Assembly (NCBI GenBank): GCA_003009755.1 | Contig: PXUB01000025.1 | Coordinates: forward strand, 104,244 to 144,740 | DNA length: 40,497 nucleotides | Direction of reading: 5' to 3' | Origin: Thermoplasmatales archaeon SW_10_69_26 | Lineage (GTDB): Archaea; Thermoplasmatota; SW-10-69-26 | Shown here: positions 28,513 to 37,035 of the stretch, piece after piece | Position numbering within the stretch: position 1 is the stretch's first letter | Layout: each line of letters begins with the position of its first letter | Position numbers and translations under genes: made by a program | The notes under the pieces: model-generated | Told to the model about the DNA's origin: nothing | Databases searched by the model: none | What the model saw: the letters and a program-made list of their open reading frames with translations, nothing else

Positions 28513-29543
28513 GGCTCCCCCTCCACGAGCTCGTCGGTGGCTTCCTTGATGCTCTCGGCGGTCTTCTCGCCGATGCCGGAGACCTCGGTGAGGTCCTCGG
28601 CGGAGGCATCAGCGATCTGGGCGACGTCGTAGCCCTCGTCCGCGAGGGTCTCGGCCGTGGCGGGTCCGACGCCGGAGATGTCGGTGAGCTCGTGCTCGCC
28701 GACGGCGGGCGTCGGTTCCTCGGCCTCCTCGGGCTCGGGCTCGGGCTCCTCGGCTGCCTCTTCGGCCTCTTCCTCGGCCTCGTCGGCCTCTTCGTCTGCC
28801 TCTTCGAGGCCGGGGCCCGCGGAGTCGGGGACGTCTTCGTCGGCACCGATGGGGGCCTCTTCCTCGATCTCCTCGAGGGCTTTGTCGGCTTCGGCCTGCG
28901 ATTCCACGTACTCCTCGTGGATGTCGACGGCGCTGGCGGGGCGCTCGTCGGCGTCGACGATGGTGACGTCGTCCGGGAGCTTGGCGTCGGGGGCCATGAT
29001 CTTGACCTGGACGCCGATCGTCCCGAGCTTCTTCTTGGCCATCGCGTAGCCTTCGCGCATGAACTCCTCGGCGGGTTCACCGCAGTGCTTGATGTGGCCG
29101 GCCGTGAACTTCTCCATGCGGCCACGGGAGCCGGTGAGCTTGCCGGTGAGGATGATCTGGCAGCCCTTGGCGCCGCTGTTCATGATGCGGCGCACGGTCG
29201 AGTGCCCGGCGCGGCGGAAGTGCCAACCGCGCTCGAGAGCCTCGGCCATCTTCTGGGCGGCGATCTGAGCGTTGAGGTCGGGATCCTCGGCCTCTTCGAC
29301 CTCGATCTGCGGATCGTCGAGGTCGAACTTCTCGGCCAGCTCGTTCGTGATGCGCTGGATGGTGCTGCCGCGTCGACCGATGACGAAACCGGGGCGCTCG
29401 GCGACGAGGCGGATGCGCAGACCCAGCGGCGTGCGCTTGATCTCGCAGCCGCCGAACCCGGCACGGGCGGATTCGCGGGCAAGGAACTCACGCATGAGCA
29501 GGCGGCGCTTGCTTTCCTGGACGAGTTTTCGTTCGACGGCCAT
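28509..29543 (-). CDS. rps3: 30S ribosomal protein uS3 with acidic linker and C-terminal helix-hairpin-helix domain
   Basis: RPG.VIGRRG KH motif, LERGWHFRRAG, K.GTIGV.V; C-terminal ISGVG/VSGIG hairpins. Confidence 0.97.
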   Translation of the reverse strand: MAVERKLVQESKRRLLMREFLARESARAGFGGCEIKRTPLGLRIRLVAERPGFVIGRRGSTIQRITNELAEKFDLDDPQIEVEEAEDPDLNAQIAAQKMAEALERGWHFRRAGHSTVRRIMNSGAKGCQIILTGKLTGSRGRMEKFTAGHIKHCGEPAEEFMREGYAMAKKKLGTIGVQVKIMAPDAKLPDDVTIVDADERPASAVDIHEEYVESQAEADKALEEIEEEAPIGADEDVPDSAGPGLEEADEEADEAEEEAEEAAEEPEPEPEEAEEPTPAVGEHELTDISGVGPATAETLADEGYDVAQIADASAEDLTEVSGIGEKTAESIKEATDELVEGEP

Positions 29544-30010
29544 CAGGAACCCTCCTCCCGCTCTTCTTCGAGCACGATCTCGACGTGGGTGAGCGAGGTG
29601 TTCCACGAGGTCGCCCGTCCGCGGGCGCGAGGACGAGTGCCCTCGATCTCGCCCGCCTTCTGAGCGGCCGCGTGCATGACGAACAGGTCGTCGGGTTCGA
29701 GGCCTTTGTACTCGGCGTTGGCCTCGGCCTGTTCGATGATGTCGAGGATGTTCTCGGAAACCTTGACGGGGTATCGGCCGGGCCCGGTGTCCTGCTGGTG
29801 ACTGTAGCTGCCGGGGCCGGAGTCCTTGCGGTAGGGGACGGCCTCGTCCTTCTCGATGACGGCCTGCAGGAACTCCTTGGCGTCGTCGAGGGAACGGCCG
29901 CGGACCTCGCGACAGACCTCGATGGCATCGCGGGGCTTGATCTGGAGCTCCTTGCCGAGCGCTTTCGAGGTGACGTCCGGGTCCGGGTCGACGCTGTATC
30001 CGATGCCCAT
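29543..30010 (-). CDS. rpl22: 50S ribosomal protein uL22
   Basis: GRYPVK, NAEYKGL, PRARGRA, THVEI. Confidence 0.96.
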   Translation of the reverse strand: MGIGYSVDPDPDVTSKALGKELQIKPRDAIEVCREVRGRSLDDAKEFLQAVIEKDEAVPYRKDSGPGSYSHQQDTGPGRYPVKVSENILDIIEQAEANAEYKGLEPDDLFVMHAAAQKAGEIEGTRPRARGRATSWNTSLTHVEIVLEEEREEGS

Positions 30011-30015
30011 AGCGA

Positions 30016-30456
30016 TCACTTGAGCGGCATGTACTTCGAGGACCGGGTGGCTCCGACACCGGGTCCGGTGTGTTCGACGTCCTCGCGCGTCATGGCGAAC
30101 TCGCCGAGCAGGTGACCGATCATCTCGGGCTCGACGTCCACACGCTCGAACTCGCGACCGTTGTGGACGTGGATCTCCTCCCCCACGAAGCTGGGGAGGA
30201 CGACCTGTTGGCGGAGGTGGGTGCGGAAGGGCCCCTCCTCGTTCTCGACCTTCTCGACGAACTTCCGCTCCTCGGTGGTGAAGCCGCGGGCGATCTTCCG
30301 GCGAGCGCGTGCGGGCAGGACCTCGGCCAGCTCCTCGAGGGACATCTCCTGCAGGTCCTCGAGCTCGTAGCCTCGGTACTCGAACTTCTCGCGACGTCCC
30401 ATCTGGACGTCGGTGTCCCGGTCGCGCGATCGGCTTCGTCGTCGTTCGTCCGCCAC
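30016..30456 (-). CDS. rps19: 30S ribosomal protein uS19
   Basis: FEYRG, RTHLR, EMIGH.LGEFA.TR..V.H..PGVGATRSS. Confidence 0.97.
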   Translation of the reverse strand: MADERRRSRSRDRDTDVQMGRREKFEYRGYELEDLQEMSLEELAEVLPARARRKIARGFTTEERKFVEKVENEEGPFRTHLRQQVVLPSFVGEEIHVHNGREFERVDVEPEMIGHLLGEFAMTREDVEHTGPGVGATRSSKYMPLK

Positions 30457-31160
30457 TATTCTTCCCCTCCGGTTCGCTTGGCCGCGATGGAGCCGACCTT
30501 GGCTCCCGGCGGCGCGCTCCGGCCGACCGTTTTGGGTCGACCGGTGTGTTGCTTGTTCCCGCCACCGAACGGGTGGTCGACGGGGTTCTTCGCCACGCCG
30601 CGGACGACAGGCCAGTAGCGGCCCGACGAACGGAGCGCGTGTACCTTCTTGCCGGCCTTGTAGATCGGCTTGTCCTTCCTGCCGCCGCCAGCGATCGTGC
30701 CGACGGCTGCGCGGCAGTTGGGGTCGAGCTCCTTGAAGGCGCCCGAGGGTAGCTGGATGATGACCTGGTCGGGCGTCTTCGCGACGATGAAGGATTGAGC
30801 GCCCGCGGAACGGACGAACTTGCCGCCGTCCCCGGGCTGGTTCTCGATGTTGTAAACGTACGTGCCCTGCGGGATGTCGCCGAGGGAGAGCACGCTGCCG
30901 AGCGTGGCCTCGCCCCCGCCGATCGTGATCTCGTCGCCGACGGCCAGACCCGCGGCGGCGGGGATCGAATCGGTGGTGTCGTCGTCGAAGCGGAGCAGCG
31001 CCAGCGGCGCCGTGTGGCCGGGGTTGTGCTCGATGTCCTCGACCACGGCGGTGCCCTCGTGGACCTTGGGCAGCTCGTTCGATGCCTTGTGTCGATGGGA
31101 CGGGCTCTGATAGGTCGGCGAGCCGCGTCCGCGTCGTTGTACCGGTAGCCGTTTGCCCAT
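30456..31160 (-). CDS. rpl2: 50S ribosomal protein uL2
   Basis: MGKR...QRRGRG, PGDGGKF.RS.G, VRGVA.NPVDHPFGGG. Confidence 0.98.
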   Translation of the reverse strand: MGKRLPVQRRGRGSPTYQSPSHRHKASNELPKVHEGTAVVEDIEHNPGHTAPLALLRFDDDTTDSIPAAAGLAVGDEITIGGGEATLGSVLSLGDIPQGTYVYNIENQPGDGGKFVRSAGAQSFIVAKTPDQVIIQLPSGAFKELDPNCRAAVGTIAGGGRKDKPIYKAGKKVHALRSSGRYWPVVRGVAKNPVDHPFGGGNKQHTGRPKTVGRSAPPGAKVGSIAAKRTGGEE

Positions 31161-31171
31161 GTCCGTTCACC

Positions 31172-31438
31172 TCAGAAGATACCGACCCGCATGGCGATGT
31201 CCTCGGCCTCGATGTCCTCGGGGAACTTGATGATCGCCCGCTTGTTCCCGCGGGGGTCGACGAGCGTGCGGACGTCGGCGACCTCCGTGTCGAACATCTC
31301 CTCGACGGCCCACGCGATCTGGGGCTTCGTGGCGTCGATGTCGACGACGAAGTCGATCGCGTTCTCGTTGTCGAGGCGATCCATCGTCTTCTCGGTCACG
31401 TGGGGATGGTCCAGGATGTCGTAGGGGTCCATCGTCAC
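31172..31438 (-). CDS. rpl23: 50S ribosomal protein uL23
   Basis: P.VTEK, F.VD..ATK.QI..AVE..F, G.KRA. Confidence 0.96.
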   Translation of the reverse strand: MTMDPYDILDHPHVTEKTMDRLDNENAIDFVVDIDATKPQIAWAVEEMFDTEVADVRTLVDPRGNKRAIIKFPEDIEAEDIAMRVGIF

Positions 31439-32196
31439 GCTACCACCTCCTCGAGCTGGTCGAGGGCGGTCTCGGTGAAGACGGTGAGGCGCCCGGCATC
31501 GCCGCCGGGAGCCAGGCGGGGGACGTTGATCTCCTCGGGGACGGCGAACTCGACGCCCGGCAGGTTGCTCGTGGCACGAGTGATCGGTCCCTTCTCGTGG
31601 ACGACGACGAGGACGCTGACCGGGGTCCGGTAGCGGCGGCCTCGCATCGTGCCCTTGCCGGCGCGCACGTTGCGGCCCTCCTTGGCTCGGTCGACGTCGG
31701 CTTCGAGGCCGAGGTCGCCGAGCGTCTGGCGGAGCTGTTGGGTTTTGGCGACGTCGACGAGGTCGTCCTCGACGACGACGGGGAGCCGATCGGTGTCGAA
31801 CTCGTGGCCGCGGTCCTCGACCCGGTCGGGGTCGGCGGTGGCAGCCAGCGCGCTGGAGCGAGCCAGGCGTCGCTCCTTGTCGTTGATCTTCTCCGACCGG
31901 TCGGCTTCGGCCTTGGGCGGGTGTGCCCGTCGGCCACCGACGGTCCCGGGCGCGAACGCGGCCTCGTCGCCTTGCGTGAGGCGCGGGACGCGCGAGGCGC
32001 CGCGGCCAGGGCCCCAGGATTCGGTCGCGTGCTGGCGACCGGCCTCGGGGTCGGCCCCGTAGGGTTGCTTGGCGTTGGTCTCGGCGACCGAGAACGCCTT
32101 GCGGATGAGCTCGGGGCGGTAGTGGGTCTCGAAGGCGTCGGGCAGCTCTCGCGTGCCTGCTTCCGTGCCGTCGACGCTTCGGATCTGAGCTTCCAT
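31435..32196 (-). CDS. rpl4: 50S ribosomal protein uL4
   Basis: ESWG.GRG.SRVPR, GGRRAHPPK, RAGKG.MRGRRY, LAPGG..GRLT. Confidence 0.97.
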   Translation of the reverse strand: MEAQIRSVDGTEAGTRELPDAFETHYRPELIRKAFSVAETNAKQPYGADPEAGRQHATESWGPGRGASRVPRLTQGDEAAFAPGTVGGRRAHPPKAEADRSEKINDKERRLARSSALAATADPDRVEDRGHEFDTDRLPVVVEDDLVDVAKTQQLRQTLGDLGLEADVDRAKEGRNVRAGKGTMRGRRYRTPVSVLVVVHEKGPITRATSNLPGVEFAVPEEINVPRLAPGGDAGRLTVFTETALDQLEEVVA

Positions 32197-32199
32197 CGG

Positions 32200-33195
32200 T
32201 TATCTCCCCTGCTTGCTGGCGGTGCTGATGTAGGTCACGTTCGGTTTCTCGACCTCGACGCCCTCCTCGTAGCGGAGCGCGTGCCGGAGCGAGACCGGAC
32301 GCGTGGAGGGGCCAGGGGTCGTACCGTGGAGGAGGGCGAAGGGGTTGGAGACCTCGCCGTAGCGGACGAAGCCGCCGTCGGGGTTGATCTCCTCGGGGTC
32401 CTCGCCGACCATCAGCAGGCGTTTGTTCAGCTCGGTGCGTTGGTGGAAGCCCATCTGACCCGGCAGGGGGACCTGGGGTCGGATGAACCTCGGTTGGAAG
32501 GGGCCCAGCGGGCTGGCGTCGCGCCGGTTCTTCGAGTTCTTGTGCGATTGGAGCTTGACGCCCCAGCGCTTGACGCTGCCTTGCAGGCCCTTGCCTTTCG
32601 TGACGGCGGCGACGTCGAGCATACGCCCGGCGTCGGCGACGTCGGTGATGTCGAGATCGGTGCCCAGCAGGTCACTGGCGAGCTCGAGGCGCTCGTCGAC
32701 CTCGCCGCCGCCGACGCGCATCTCGGTGACGTCGGGGACCTTGCGGTCGAGGGCGGTGACCTCGTAGGGCTTGTTGTACGTGATGAGGCGAACCTCGTCC
32801 ACGCGATCGCGATCGAAGTCGTCGATCGTGCCTACGCGCTTGTCGGACAGGTGGACGCGCTCGTCGAGCTCGTCGTCGACGTCCTCTGCCCAGACCTCGT
32901 TCTCGGCCTTCAGGCCGTAGGGGGTCTCTCGGTAGGCGCGTACGCCCGCAACGCCCATCGGCGGGACTTCGAGCACGGTGACTGCCTCGCGGACCTCCTG
33001 TCCGCTGGTCGTGCTCGTGGGCCGGTAGTCGACCAGCATGACGTGCGTCATGCCGGCCTTGAACCCGGTGAAGCCCTGCACGGTGGCCTGGGGGCCGTCG
33101 TCCGGCCACGATCGGAAGCGGGCCAACGGCTCGGAGGCCCGCTTGCGCGGGGAGAAGGCTTGTGAACCTCGCTTCGGGTGATGCGTGTCGACCAT
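32200..33195 (-). CDS. rpl3: 50S ribosomal protein uL3
   Basis: P.RGS..FSPRKRA, GFKAGMTH, TKGKG.QG.VKRWG, GQMGFHQRTE.NKR. Confidence 0.98.
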   Translation of the reverse strand: MVDTHHPKRGSQAFSPRKRASEPLARFRSWPDDGPQATVQGFTGFKAGMTHVMLVDYRPTSTTSGQEVREAVTVLEVPPMGVAGVRAYRETPYGLKAENEVWAEDVDDELDERVHLSDKRVGTIDDFDRDRVDEVRLITYNKPYEVTALDRKVPDVTEMRVGGGEVDERLELASDLLGTDLDITDVADAGRMLDVAAVTKGKGLQGSVKRWGVKLQSHKNSKNRRDASPLGPFQPRFIRPQVPLPGQMGFHQRTELNKRLLMVGEDPEEINPDGGFVRYGEVSNPFALLHGTTPGPSTRPVSLRHALRYEEGVEVEKPNVTYISTASKQGR

Positions 33196-33397
33196 TGCTG
33201 GATGCTCCCAGCTACCCCATGCTGTGTGCGTGGGGGAACGTCGGATGCTCCCTGCCACGACGATCGTCCGACCGTGACGCCCGGTAGGCCGCGAGAACCG
33301 TCGCGCCCCTACCCGGGGATGCTCGAGGCAGTGCCCCAGGGCGTCTGGTGCGGACCGTCGGGAAGGGTAGCCGAGCCAAAGGAGGGGTGGTATATAT
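33196..33397 (-). promoter_or_regulatory. Promoter (ATATATA at 33391-33397) and long structured 5' leader of the ribosomal protein operon
   Basis: Only strong AT tract in the intergenic region; four hairpins and three GAGCATCC motifs between it and the rpl3 ATG. Confidence 0.6.
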
Positions 33398-33580
33398 GCG
33401 TTGCCCCGCGCACCGTCCCTCGCAACAAGGCGCCGGGCAGGAACGGTTCGCGCACGTTCGGGCGGGCCCACGGTCGCGCGCAGGGACCGGAACCCGAGCG
33501 TCCGCCGGGACCAGCGCACCCGCTACAGCACGAGGGGACCGTCTCCGTCGGCTCCGAGGACTCGGCCGACAGCCCGGCTC

Positions 33581-34246
33581 TCAGCGTCGTTGCCAATCGC
33601 TGTCGGGCTCGCGGGCGGCCTCGTGGTCCGCCGTCGTCGACCGGGAGACGTCGGTCACCGTCGTCGCCAAGTGCCGCAAGGCCGTCGCCTCGCGCTCGTC
33701 GTGCATCCCGGGGATGACGCGAGCGACGGCCACGACCCCCATGCGAGGCGCCATCGACGCGATCGATTGCCCGAACCGGTAGGCCTCGTTGAGGCCGTTG
33801 GTCACCAGCAGGCTGGAGAAGCTGTCGACGACGACGGCGTGCTTGGGGGCCTTCTCGACGACGCCGGCCTGTGCCTCCGAGAGCGCGAGCAAGATCGCGT
33901 CCACGTCGGGGGTCTCGGCGAACACCGTCTGGGGCGCGGTGTGGGCCCAGCCGACGGTGGGGGCGTGGGCGTCCACGTAGGCCAGCCGGCCCTGGCCCTC
34001 GTGGTCGTCTGTGGGGACGTCCAGGCGGGCAAGCTCGGCCCGGTACTGCGGGGTCGCCTGATCGACGAGCACGTTGACGACCGGCTGACCTCGGTCCAGC
34101 AGCTCGCCCGCCAAGCGGGGCCCCAAGGGTAGGGCCCGGGTCTCGGGGTCGTCGAAGAGCAGGTGCAGGCCGGGCTGGGAGGGTACGACGAGATCGGTGT
34201 CCCCGGACACGGGACGGGCTCGCCCGATCGGGGTACTTGAGCCCAT
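33581..34246 (-). CDS. KaiC/RAD55-like RecA-fold protein with degenerate Walker A
   Basis: VVVDSFSSL Walker-B-like motif, LRHLA..V motif; DDPETRA occupies the GxPGxGKT position. Confidence 0.7.
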   Translation of the reverse strand: MGSSTPIGRARPVSGDTDLVVPSQPGLHLLFDDPETRALPLGPRLAGELLDRGQPVVNVLVDQATPQYRAELARLDVPTDDHEGQGRLAYVDAHAPTVGWAHTAPQTVFAETPDVDAILLALSEAQAGVVEKAPKHAVVVDSFSSLLVTNGLNEAYRFGQSIASMAPRMGVVAVARVIPGMHDEREATALRHLATTVTDVSRSTTADHEAAREPDSDWQRR

Positions 34247-34388
34247 GGGCCTTGGACCTTCTCCCCGGGCATCGTGCTCGCTTGGTCCCCTCCGTCGCGT
34301 CGGTCCTTGGGGGCCCGATCACACCGGCGAGGGGCCCGTCGCCGGCGACCTGGGAAGGTTATACGGCCGGGCGGGGTTGGCGGACACG

Positions 34389-35894
34389 ATGTTGCAGGTC
34401 GAGGCCGAGCACGGCGACATCACGGAGGTCGACGTGGACGCGATCGTCGTCAACCTCTTCGAGGGCGTCAGGGACCCCGGCGGTGCGACCGGCGCCGTGG
34501 ACGGGGCCCTCGACGGCGCGATCGCCGACGTCATCGGATCGGGCGACTTCACCGGCGAGCTCGGCAGCTCCACGCTGCTGTACGCCGGCGACGACCTGGC
34601 GGCGACCCGCGTGCTCGTCGTCGGGCTCGGCGACCGGGATGACGTCGATCTCGACGCCGTGCGGCGCGCCGCCGGCACCACGGTGGACGCGTTGGGTGGG
34701 ACCGAGGTCGACGAGGCCGCCACGATCGTTCACGGTGGCGGCATCGGCGGGCTGTCCCCGCGAGCCTCGGCCCGGGCCATCGCGATGGGCGCGATCTCGA
34801 AGGCCTACCGGTTCCACCGCAAGACCAACGGCGACGAGGGGCCCGACCTGCAGCGGCTGGCCGTCGTCGAACGCAGCGAGGACAAGCTCGCCGCGGTCCG
34901 CCAGGGGCTGGCCGCGGGACGCACGGTCGCCAACGCCCAAGCCGTGACGCGCGACATCGCCAGCTTCAGCGGCGAGGAGGCGGCGCCGGCCGCGATCGCG
35001 GGCACGATCGAGGCGGCAGCCGAGGACACCGGTCTCGACTGCACGGTGTGGGGCCCGGAGGAGATCGCCGAGCAGCGCATGGGCGGCGTGCAAGCCGTCT
35101 CGCGCGGCAGCGAGCGCGAACCGCGGTTCGTGCAGCTCGAGTGGGCCCCCGGCGAGGCCGATCGGACGGTGTGCCTGGTCGGGAAAGGCGTCACGTTCGA
35201 CACCGGCGGGATCTCGTTGAAGCGGTCCAGCGGCATGGACGAGATGCGCTACGACAAGCACGGCGCGGCCAGCGTCGTCGGCACGCTGCTGGCGGCGGCC
35301 GAGCTCGAGCTCGATACGCGTGTCATCGGCTTGACGCCGTTCGTCGAGAACATGCCCAGCGGGTCGGCGATCAAGCCCGGCGACGTGATCAAGATGCGCA
35401 ACGGCTCGACCGTCGACGTGATCAACACCGACGCCGAGGGCCGGCTGATCCTGGCCGACGCGCTCGACCTGGCGCGTGAGAGGGATCCGGACGCGACCGT
35501 CGACCTCGCCACGCTGACCGGATCGGTGAGCGTGGCCCTCGGGACGCAGGCGGCCGGGCTCTTCGGCAACGACGACGAGCTCGTCGCCGAGCTCGAGACG
35601 GCCGCCCAGGCCACGAGCGAGCGCGTGTGGCGGCTGCCGCTGTTCGACGAGTACGAGCAGCAGCTCGATGAGGGCGCCGTCGGCGACCTGCAGAACGTCG
35701 GCGGCCGCAACGCCGGCGCCAGCGTGGCCGGCAAGTTCCTCGAGCACTTCGCCCCCGAGGACGGTTGGGCCCACCTCGACATCGCCGGGGTGGCCTGGAA
35801 CGACGACAAGCCCTACCTCAACCCCGACTACACGCCGAAGGGCGCGACCGGGGTCGGGGTGCGGTTGCTCGTCGACTGGCTCGAGGATCCGTGA
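34389..35894 (+). CDS. pepA: Leucyl aminopeptidase (M17 family)
   Basis: LVGKGVTFDTGG, M..DK.GAA, NTDAEGRL.LAD, ATLTG, WAHLDIAG; TATA-like ggttata ~25 nt upstream of ATG 34389. Confidence 0.97.
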   Translation: MLQVEAEHGDITEVDVDAIVVNLFEGVRDPGGATGAVDGALDGAIADVIGSGDFTGELGSSTLLYAGDDLAATRVLVVGLGDRDDVDLDAVRRAAGTTVDALGGTEVDEAATIVHGGGIGGLSPRASARAIAMGAISKAYRFHRKTNGDEGPDLQRLAVVERSEDKLAAVRQGLAAGRTVANAQAVTRDIASFSGEEAAPAAIAGTIEAAAEDTGLDCTVWGPEEIAEQRMGGVQAVSRGSEREPRFVQLEWAPGEADRTVCLVGKGVTFDTGGISLKRSSGMDEMRYDKHGAASVVGTLLAAAELELDTRVIGLTPFVENMPSGSAIKPGDVIKMRNGSTVDVINTDAEGRLILADALDLARERDPDATVDLATLTGSVSVALGTQAAGLFGNDDELVAELETAAQATSERVWRLPLFDEYEQQLDEGAVGDLQNVGGRNAGASVAGKFLEHFAPEDGWAHLDIAGVAWNDDKPYLNPDYTPKGATGVGVRLLVDWLEDP

Positions 35895-35897
35895 GGG

Positions 35898-36101
35898 TCA
35901 GCGCAGCATCGCTCGCTGGATCAGCGGCAGGTTCTTGGTGGGCTCGATCTCGATCTCCAGGACGTCCTCGTCGCTGAGCTGCCGGTGGGTTCGGACCGCG
36001 GCCTGCAAGGCGGTGACGTAGTCGGCCACGTCGTCGTAGCGGTCGGCTCCCAAGCGCAAGCCGGAGCTGGTTTCGTCGTCGGTCAGGGGGTACGCCTCCA
36101 C
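35898..36101 (-). CDS. Small hypothetical protein A (67 aa), paralogue of 36208-36375
   Basis: GTG ~21 nt after TTATATA (36122-36128); aligns by eye with the neighbour; ends MLR. Confidence 0.75.
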   Translation of the reverse strand: MEAYPLTDDETSSGLRLGADRYDDVADYVTALQAAVRTHRQLSDEDVLEIEIEPTKNLPLIQRAMLR

Positions 36102-36207
36102 GGTTTGGGTCGCGCGAGCCCTATATAAGCGTTGTCGGGAAGCTCCCTTCGTTCCCCGCCGACGGCTGAGCGGTCGCGAAGCGGGCTTCACCGCGAGTGA
36201 CGGGCCC

Positions 36208-36375
36208 TCAGCGCAGCATCTGGGTCTCGGCTCTCGTCAACCCGGCATCGCGGGACTCGATCTCGAACGTCTCGTCCCCCCGGCCAGCAGACTCTTGGTT
36301 CAACGCTTGCAGGAAGGTGCGCAGATAGTCGCCCACGTTCGTGAAGTCTTGGACGTTCAGGGTCACCACCGCCAC
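36208..36375 (-). CDS. Small hypothetical protein B (55 aa; not in ORF track), paralogue of 35898-36101
   Basis: MAVVTLNVQDFTNVGDYLRTFLQALNQESAGRGDETFEIESRDAGLTRAETQMLR; GTG ~23 nt after CTTAATA (36398-36404). Confidence 0.75.
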   Translation of the reverse strand: MAVVTLNVQDFTNVGDYLRTFLQALNQESAGRGDETFEIESRDAGLTRAETQMLR

Positions 36376-36553
36376 CCCTTCGTCGCCGGCAGACCGGTAT
36401 TAAGCCTTACCCAACCGCCGGAACGGACACCCGGCCACCGGGGGAGGGAGCACAGGTCCGAAGGAAGGGGTCTGAGGGGCCCCTGGCGTCGGCTGCAGGG
36501 CGGCTGGGTAAGGGGGACGGGACTTTTATCTCCGAAGGTGTTCAGCCGGCACC

Positions 36554-37030
36554 GTGACATCCCTCGTTGAGGTTCCCTCCCAGTACTTCGTCACGTCCGG
36601 GTCGGCGACCTCGCCGGTGTCGAACCTGAACGCCTTCGACCAGGCGTTGCTCGAGGCGGAGATCGGGGAGCAGAACATCGTGCCCGTCTCCTCGGTGCTG
36701 CCGGTCGGGATTGAGGAGACCGATCCGGTCCAGATCCCTCGGGGAGCGATCACCCACTGCGTGCTGTCCCAGGAACGAGGCACGGAAGGGGAGACGATCA
36801 GCGCCGGTATCGCCTACGCCTTCCGCGAGGACGGCGACGGCGGTTACGTGGCCGAGGGCCACGGCAAGATGGGCGACAAGGCGTTGCGCGAGATCCTCGA
36901 GTGGAAGATCAACGAGATCGCCAAGCACCGCGATGTGGCGCTCGGCGACATCAGCTACCGGATCGAAGCCCAGGAGGTCCCGATGGACGAGTACGGAGCC
37001 TGCCTGGCAGCGCTCGTCCTGCTCCCCTGA
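36554..37030 (+). CDS. pdaD: Pyruvoyl-dependent arginine decarboxylase
   Basis: LNAFD.ALL.A.I...NIV.VSSVLP self-cleavage motif, ISAG, GYVAE; TATA-like cttttatc upstream. Confidence 0.93.
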   Translation: MTSLVEVPSQYFVTSGSATSPVSNLNAFDQALLEAEIGEQNIVPVSSVLPVGIEETDPVQIPRGAITHCVLSQERGTEGETISAGIAYAFREDGDGGYVAEGHGKMGDKALREILEWKINEIAKHRDVALGDISYRIEAQEVPMDEYGACLAALVLLP

Positions 37031-37035
37031 CCGCC

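Noticed and set aside
22755-33519. Apparent long N-terminal extensions of eL19, uL5, uS17, uS3, uL22, uS19 and uL3 in the ORF track
   Set aside because: Artefacts of choosing the most upstream start; they overlap neighbouring genes or the leader, and family N-termini with SDs lie downstream.
33400-33580. ncRNA transcribed on the plus strand from the symmetric TATATAT
   Set aside because: No recognisable SRP, RNase P or tRNA motifs and only weak pairing; insufficient support.
36295-36570. ORFs 36295-36570 (+) and 36363-36560 (-)
   Set aside because: They cross the divergent promoter region and the better-supported small gene at 36208-36375; no coding signature.
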